NCBI GenBank assembly: GCA_046582655.1
Contig: JAYGDX010000406.1
Coordinates: 1-11,025 of the forward strand
Direction of reading: 5' to 3'
DNA: 11,025 bases
Origin: Candidatus Poribacteria bacterium
GTDB lineage: Bacteria; Poribacteria; WGA-4E; UBA9662
The notes under the pieces are model-generated. The model was not told where the DNA came from. It did not search any database and worked only from the letters and a program-made list of their open reading frames with translations. How positions within the stretch are numbered: the first letter of the stretch is position 1; each line of letters opens with the position of its first letter. Both the position numbers and the translations under genes were made by a program. Below, in pieces: positions 7,141 through 11,025 of the stretch.

Positions 7141-8964
7141 TTATGATAACCTGTTTTCTGCTATGTCTTGTTGGAGCAACATACCTACTTGCTGAAAAAC
7201 TCCGGACCAATCGCCAATATGATCCTGCCGAAATAACCTCATGTTTTTGTACCACAACGTATCTTCTCCATCTCGCATCCATCGCCAATATGGTATGTGA
7301 GGCAATAAAGTCCAGACTCTCTGTCCCAATGCACCTGCTATGTGAACTGTAGTATTGTCTATTGATATAACCAAATCTAAAGCCGAAACTTGTGCAGCAA
7401 AGTTATCCAAATCCTCCAAAGCGTAGACCTCTTGGTCACTATAGATCGCTAAACCTGTTTCTAGTTTTAGTAGCTCTAATTCCCGTTTTACATCTCCATA
7501 TTGCAGATTAATAAAATAGCAATCTTCGTAAGATAGGACAGATGCCCAGTAGTCATTTAATGGTATGCTTCTTGATTCAGACCAACTTTGATCCGGCCCA
7601 GCACTTTTCCATGAGATGCCGACCAGCATGCTTCCATTTGACAGTTCCTGATATTTCCGTCGCCTTTTTTCAGTCTCTTCCGGACAGGCTTTCAGGTAGG
7701 ATTGCTTGTTCCGGCTGAAACTGTCTTGATCCGCCCTAAACCAGCGTCCTAAACTGCCCATAGGTATCTGATAGTTAATGTTAGTATCAAACAATTGTGC
7801 ATGTGGTAGGCTTTCCTGAGGATAAAATCGAATTTCAGGAAATGATCGTTTAAACAAGGGAATCAATCGTTGTTCGCATTCAACAATAACTTTTGCGCCA
7901 GCTTGTAACAGACTGGGAAACATGCTAGCAAATGTAATCTGGTCGCCAACTCCTTGTTCAGCCCAGACTAAGATGGAGGTATCAGTCAGTTCTGATCCTT
8001 CCCAACGGCGTTGAGGGAGATGTCTCTCTTTGAGCGAGAGATGGGTGTTTGGGCATTGCCATCTCCATTCATAATGCTTCCAACAATTTTCGAAATCACC
8101 AGCCAGAAATAGAGATGTGCCCAAATTATGATGCGCTTCAGGAAATTGAGGGTTGATTTCAATAGCCTGTTTATAGGCTTGGACAGCCTTTTCCAGTTTT
8201 CCTTGATCTCTCAGGGCATTACCCAGATTATTGTAAGTTGGCCCATGGTTTGAATTAATTTTAATGGCGTTTTGGTAAGCCTGAACAGATTCTTCTAATT
8301 TACCTAGATCCTTTAAAACAATACCTAGGCTATTACATGCTTCGAGATGGTTTGGATTTATTTTAAGCACGTTTTGATAAGCCTGTATAGCTTCTTCTAA
8401 CTTGCCTTGATCGCTGAGTGCAATACCTAGGTTGTTATGTGCTTGGCTATAGCTGGGACTATTTTTGATAGCCTGTCGATAGGCTTGAATAGCTTCCTCA
8501 AACTTACCCTGAGTTTTCAATATCGATCCGAGATTGTTGTAGGCTTTGCTGTAGTTTGGGTTGATCTCAATAGCATCTTGGTAGGCTTGAATGGCTTCGC
8601 TTGATCTATTTTGTTCTTGCAGTAAAAGACCAAGGTTATAGTAGGATTCTGCGGATTCTGAATTTAGTTCAATAGCCTGTTTATAGGCTTGAATGGCTTC
8701 CTTAAATCTTTCCCGTTTTTGTAATGTAAGACCAAGATTATTGAAAAATGATGATCGATTGGGATCTATTTCTATGGCTTGATTAATTAAATTGATGGCA
8801 AGGTCATATTTTTCAACTTGATGGGCAATTGTACCTAATAGATGGAGAACTTCAGCGTTTTGGGGATTGACTTGAAGTATCTGTTGATATATCAGTTCAG
8901 CTGGCTGTAGTTGACCGTTTTGATGTAAAGCAATACCTTCTTGTAACTTAGGTTCAGTATCCAT
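7141..8964 (-). CDS. TPR-repeat protein with C-terminal GT-B (GT9-like, FlbA/FlmG-like) glycosyltransferase domain, paralog 1
   Basis: Likely true start MDTEPKL at 8964 (AGGA SD at 8970-8973; homologous to the MDTELRL start of paralog 2), giving 607 aa. 8 full 34-aa TPRs plus a capping unit ending YEWRW, then ILVWAEQGVGD, LVGISWKS, FINLQYGD, LDLVISIDNTTVHIAGALG and WY..MRLFRQ...GDW. Confidence 0.88.
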   Translation of the reverse strand: MDTEPKLQEGIALHQNGQLQPAELIYQQILQVNPQNAEVLHLLGTIAHQVEKYDLAINLINQAIEIDPNRSSFFNNLGLTLQKRERFKEAIQAYKQAIELNSESAESYYNLGLLLQEQNRSSEAIQAYQDAIEINPNYSKAYNNLGSILKTQGKFEEAIQAYRQAIKNSPSYSQAHNNLGIALSDQGKLEEAIQAYQNVLKINPNHLEACNSLGIVLKDLGKLEESVQAYQNAIKINSNHGPTYNNLGNALRDQGKLEKAVQAYKQAIEINPQFPEAHHNLGTSLFLAGDFENCWKHYEWRWQCPNTHLSLKERHLPQRRWEGSELTDTSILVWAEQGVGDQITFASMFPSLLQAGAKVIVECEQRLIPLFKRSFPEIRFYPQESLPHAQLFDTNINYQIPMGSLGRWFRADQDSFSRNKQSYLKACPEETEKRRRKYQELSNGSMLVGISWKSAGPDQSWSESRSIPLNDYWASVLSYEDCYFINLQYGDVKRELELLKLETGLAIYSDQEVYALEDLDNFAAQVSALDLVISIDNTTVHIAGALGQRVWTLLPHIPYWRWMRDGEDTLWYKNMRLFRQDHIGDWSGVFQQVGMLLQQDIAENRLS

Positions 8965-10675
8965 GTATATCCTGGGCAGTTGTTGCTGTATTGTACTGCA
9001 GTAGTGCCTGATTAACCCGTAAGAATACCTTCTGCCAACCGCCAATTTTACTTTGCCTGAACAGCTTCATAGTTGGATACCAAGGTGTATCTTCCCGGTT
9101 CAACATCCATTTCCAATCTGATATGTAGGGTAATAAGGTCCAGACTTCTTTTCCTAGGGCTCCAGCCACATGCACCGTGGTGTTGGAGGTGGAAATAATT
9201 AGATCCAAGGCACTAACTTGAGCGGTAAAATCATCCAAGCTCATCAAGGAGTTGATTTCTTTATCTATATATATTGATGTCTTATTGCCAGAGGTGTATT
9301 CTTCAATTTCGGCATTGACATCTCCATACTGCAGATTAATAAAATAATAGTTTGGTTGTGATAGGATCACGGTCCAATCTTTTAAGCTGGTACTTTTTAT
9401 CTTACCCACACGTTGATTAACACTTTTCCATGAGATGCCGACCAATTGTTTCCCGTTGGCTAGTTGCTGATATTTATTTCTAAGTTTTGAAACCTTATCA
9501 GGACAAGCCAAAAGATAGGATGGTTTAGATTTTTTAAAACAGCTTTCGTCCTGTCTGAGCCATTGACCTATACTACCCACCGGTATTTGGTAATCGATGT
9601 TTGGATTCAGCAATTTCGGGTTGGACGGGTGTTCTCGGGAAAAGAATTGAATTTGGGGGAAAGAACGCTGAAATAGTGGAACTAACCGGTGTTCACATTC
9701 GACGATAATGCTGGCATTCATTTGCAGCAGGTCATCCAGCATACTGGCAAACATGATTTCATCGCCTATGCCTTGTTCAGTCCAGACCAAGATAGTTTTT
9801 CTATCTAGAGTTGAGCCATCCCACCATGGTTGGGAAAAATTCTTTTTCTGGTACGAAATGTTATGACGACGCCACCGCCATTCGTGTTCCTTCCAACCAT
9901 GGTGGAAATCTCCTGTCAGCAATAAGGCCATGCCGTAATGGCGGTGAGCTTCAGCGTAGTTGGGATTAACTTTAATAGCATGCTGGTAGTATTGAAGTGC
10001 GTCCTTCATCTGTCCTTCTTCCTGTGCAACAACACCTAGATTATTATATGCCTCAGCGAAATTCGGGTTGATTTCGAGAACCTTATGATAAGCTTGGACG
10101 GCGTCCCTGACATCCCCCTGTTTCTGAAGTGCGTTACCCAGATTATAACAAGCATCAGCGAAGTTGGGATCTATCTCTATAGCTTTATGATATGCAGCAA
10201 TGCCCTCTTCAAATCTTTCCTGTTTTACTAAGGCTGCCCCCAAGTTACTGTGTGCATCAGCGAAGTTGGAATCTATCTCTATAGCTTTACGATATGCAGC
10301 AATGCCCTCTTCAAATCTTTCCTGCTCCTGTAAGACATTACCCAAATTGTTATAGGCTTCAGAATCACTTGGACTTACCTGAACAGCTTGTTGATAAACA
10401 CGGATAGCGTCTTCAAAATTTCCTTGATCTTTTAGCACCAGACCAAGATTGTGAAAGAACATTGGTTGGTTGGGATCTATCTCTATGGCTTGATTAATTA
10501 GATTAATGGCAAGGTCGTATTTTTGAACTTGATAGGCAATCATGCCTAACAGATACAATACCTCGGCGTTTTTCGGGTTGATCTGGAGTATTTTTTGATA
10601 TATCAGTTCAGCTTGCTGTAACTTCCCTTTCTGATGTAACGTAATTCCTTCCCGTAATCTTAATTCCGTATCCAT
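8954..10675 (-). CDS. TPR-repeat protein with C-terminal GT-B (GT9-like, FlbA/FlmG-like) glycosyltransferase domain, paralog 2
   Basis: Likely true start MDTELRL at 10675, giving 573 aa. 7 full TPRs plus a capping unit ending HEWRW, then EQGIGDEIMFAS, LVGISWKS, FINLQYGD and ISTSNTTVHVAGALG. Overlaps the paralog 1 start by 11 bp. Confidence 0.88.
   Translation of the reverse strand: MDTELRLREGITLHQKGKLQQAELIYQKILQINPKNAEVLYLLGMIAYQVQKYDLAINLINQAIEIDPNQPMFFHNLGLVLKDQGNFEDAIRVYQQAVQVSPSDSEAYNNLGNVLQEQERFEEGIAAYRKAIEIDSNFADAHSNLGAALVKQERFEEGIAAYHKAIEIDPNFADACYNLGNALQKQGDVRDAVQAYHKVLEINPNFAEAYNNLGVVAQEEGQMKDALQYYQHAIKVNPNYAEAHRHYGMALLLTGDFHHGWKEHEWRWRRHNISYQKKNFSQPWWDGSTLDRKTILVWTEQGIGDEIMFASMLDDLLQMNASIIVECEHRLVPLFQRSFPQIQFFSREHPSNPKLLNPNIDYQIPVGSIGQWLRQDESCFKKSKPSYLLACPDKVSKLRNKYQQLANGKQLVGISWKSVNQRVGKIKSTSLKDWTVILSQPNYYFINLQYGDVNAEIEEYTSGNKTSIYIDKEINSLMSLDDFTAQVSALDLIISTSNTTVHVAGALGKEVWTLLPYISDWKWMLNREDTPWYPTMKLFRQSKIGGWQKVFLRVNQALLQYNTATTAQDIHGY
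10152..10324. repeat. Near-identical 71-nt direct repeat within adjacent TPR units
   Basis: 10152-10222 and 10254-10324 (offset 102 nt, one TPR) are 69/71 identical and encode QERFEEGIAAY(R/H)KAIEID(S/P)NFADA. Confidence 0.9.
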
Positions 10676-10679
10676 ATAC

Positions 10680-11024
10680 TCAAACCACAAAAGTGGATCC
10701 CGTTTCCGGTCTATATTGTGATAAGGCATGGCTAACTCTTTTGAAAACATCCTGCCAATCACCGATTCTGTTTTGTCGGAATAATCTCATCATTGGGTAC
10801 CAAAGCGCTTCTTCCCTGTCTAACATCCAGCGCCAATCCGGTATACAGGGCAGTAGAGTCCAAACTCTCTTGCCTAATGCTCCAGCCATATGTACCGTGG
10901 TGTTTGAGGTGGAAATCACCAAATCCAACACCGATATCTGCGCGGCAAAATCATCCAGATTGACCAATGGATCTATCTCCTGATCCCGATAGATCTTTAG
11001 GCTAGTCTCAGATTCAAACTGGGC
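10680..11024 (-). CDS. 3' end of a third GT9-like (probably TPR-GT) paralog, running off the right edge
   Basis: Open to the window edge: AQFESETSLKIYRDQEIDPLVNLDDFAAQISVLDLVISTSNTTVHMAGALGKRVWTLLPCIPDWRWMLDREEALWYPMMRLFRQNRIGDW...*. It ends 4 nt before the paralog 2 start. Confidence 0.88.
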   Translation of the reverse strand, partial: AQFESETSLKIYRDQEIDPLVNLDDFAAQISVLDLVISTSNTTVHMAGALGKRVWTLLPCIPDWRWMLDREEALWYPMMRLFRQNRIGDWQDVFKRVSHALSQYRPETGSTFVV

Positions 11025-11025
11025 C

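Noticed and set aside
8158..8691. Recurrent semi-palindromic 24-mer TTCAATAGCCTGTTTATAGGCTTG (8158-8181, 8668-8691) and variants resembling CRISPR repeats
   Set aside because: Spacing is a multiple of 102 nt and the sequence encodes the TPR consensus QAYKQAIE inside an intact CDS. No cas genes are present.
8965..9045. ORF-track N-terminal extensions of the TPR-GT genes (also 10676-10762)
   Set aside because: They overlap the upstream paralogs. Both genes share a homologous MDTE start, with an SD visible for paralog 1.
10152..10324. Near-identical repeat pair as a possible diversity-generating retroelement TR/VR
   Set aside because: Only two differences, not both at adenines of one copy on one strand. 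Spacing equals one TPR and there is no reverse transcriptase in the window.
742..10983. Short alternative-frame or antisense ORFs in the track (e.g. 742-924, 1597-1812, 4450-4830, 7035-7352, 10693-10983)
   Set aside because: They lie within or largely overlap well-supported genes and show no recognisable motifs, so they are treated as shadow ORFs.

Overview
AT-rich (roughly 40% GC by eye) bacterial genomic window. A C-terminal AVxPxxKLxxxWADLK motif suggests Poribacteria or a relative (inference). The + strand carries the 3' end of a probably exported protein, a DHDPS/NAL-family aldolase split by a 1-nt frameshift, and an apparent operon of a DUF6807/PmoA-like protein, a GT-C (GT39/ArnT-like) membrane glycosyltransferase and a Gfo/Idh/MocA oxidoreductase. 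These are followed by a short chimeric remnant fusing sulfatase and FGE-family N-termini, then a lipase maturation factor (LMF) family gene. The - strand carries a convergent tandem array of at least three TPR + GT-B (GT9-like, FlbA/FlmG-like) paralogs with differing TPR numbers and signs of recent repeat homogenisation. No RNA genes, mobile elements or CRISPR arrays were recognised.
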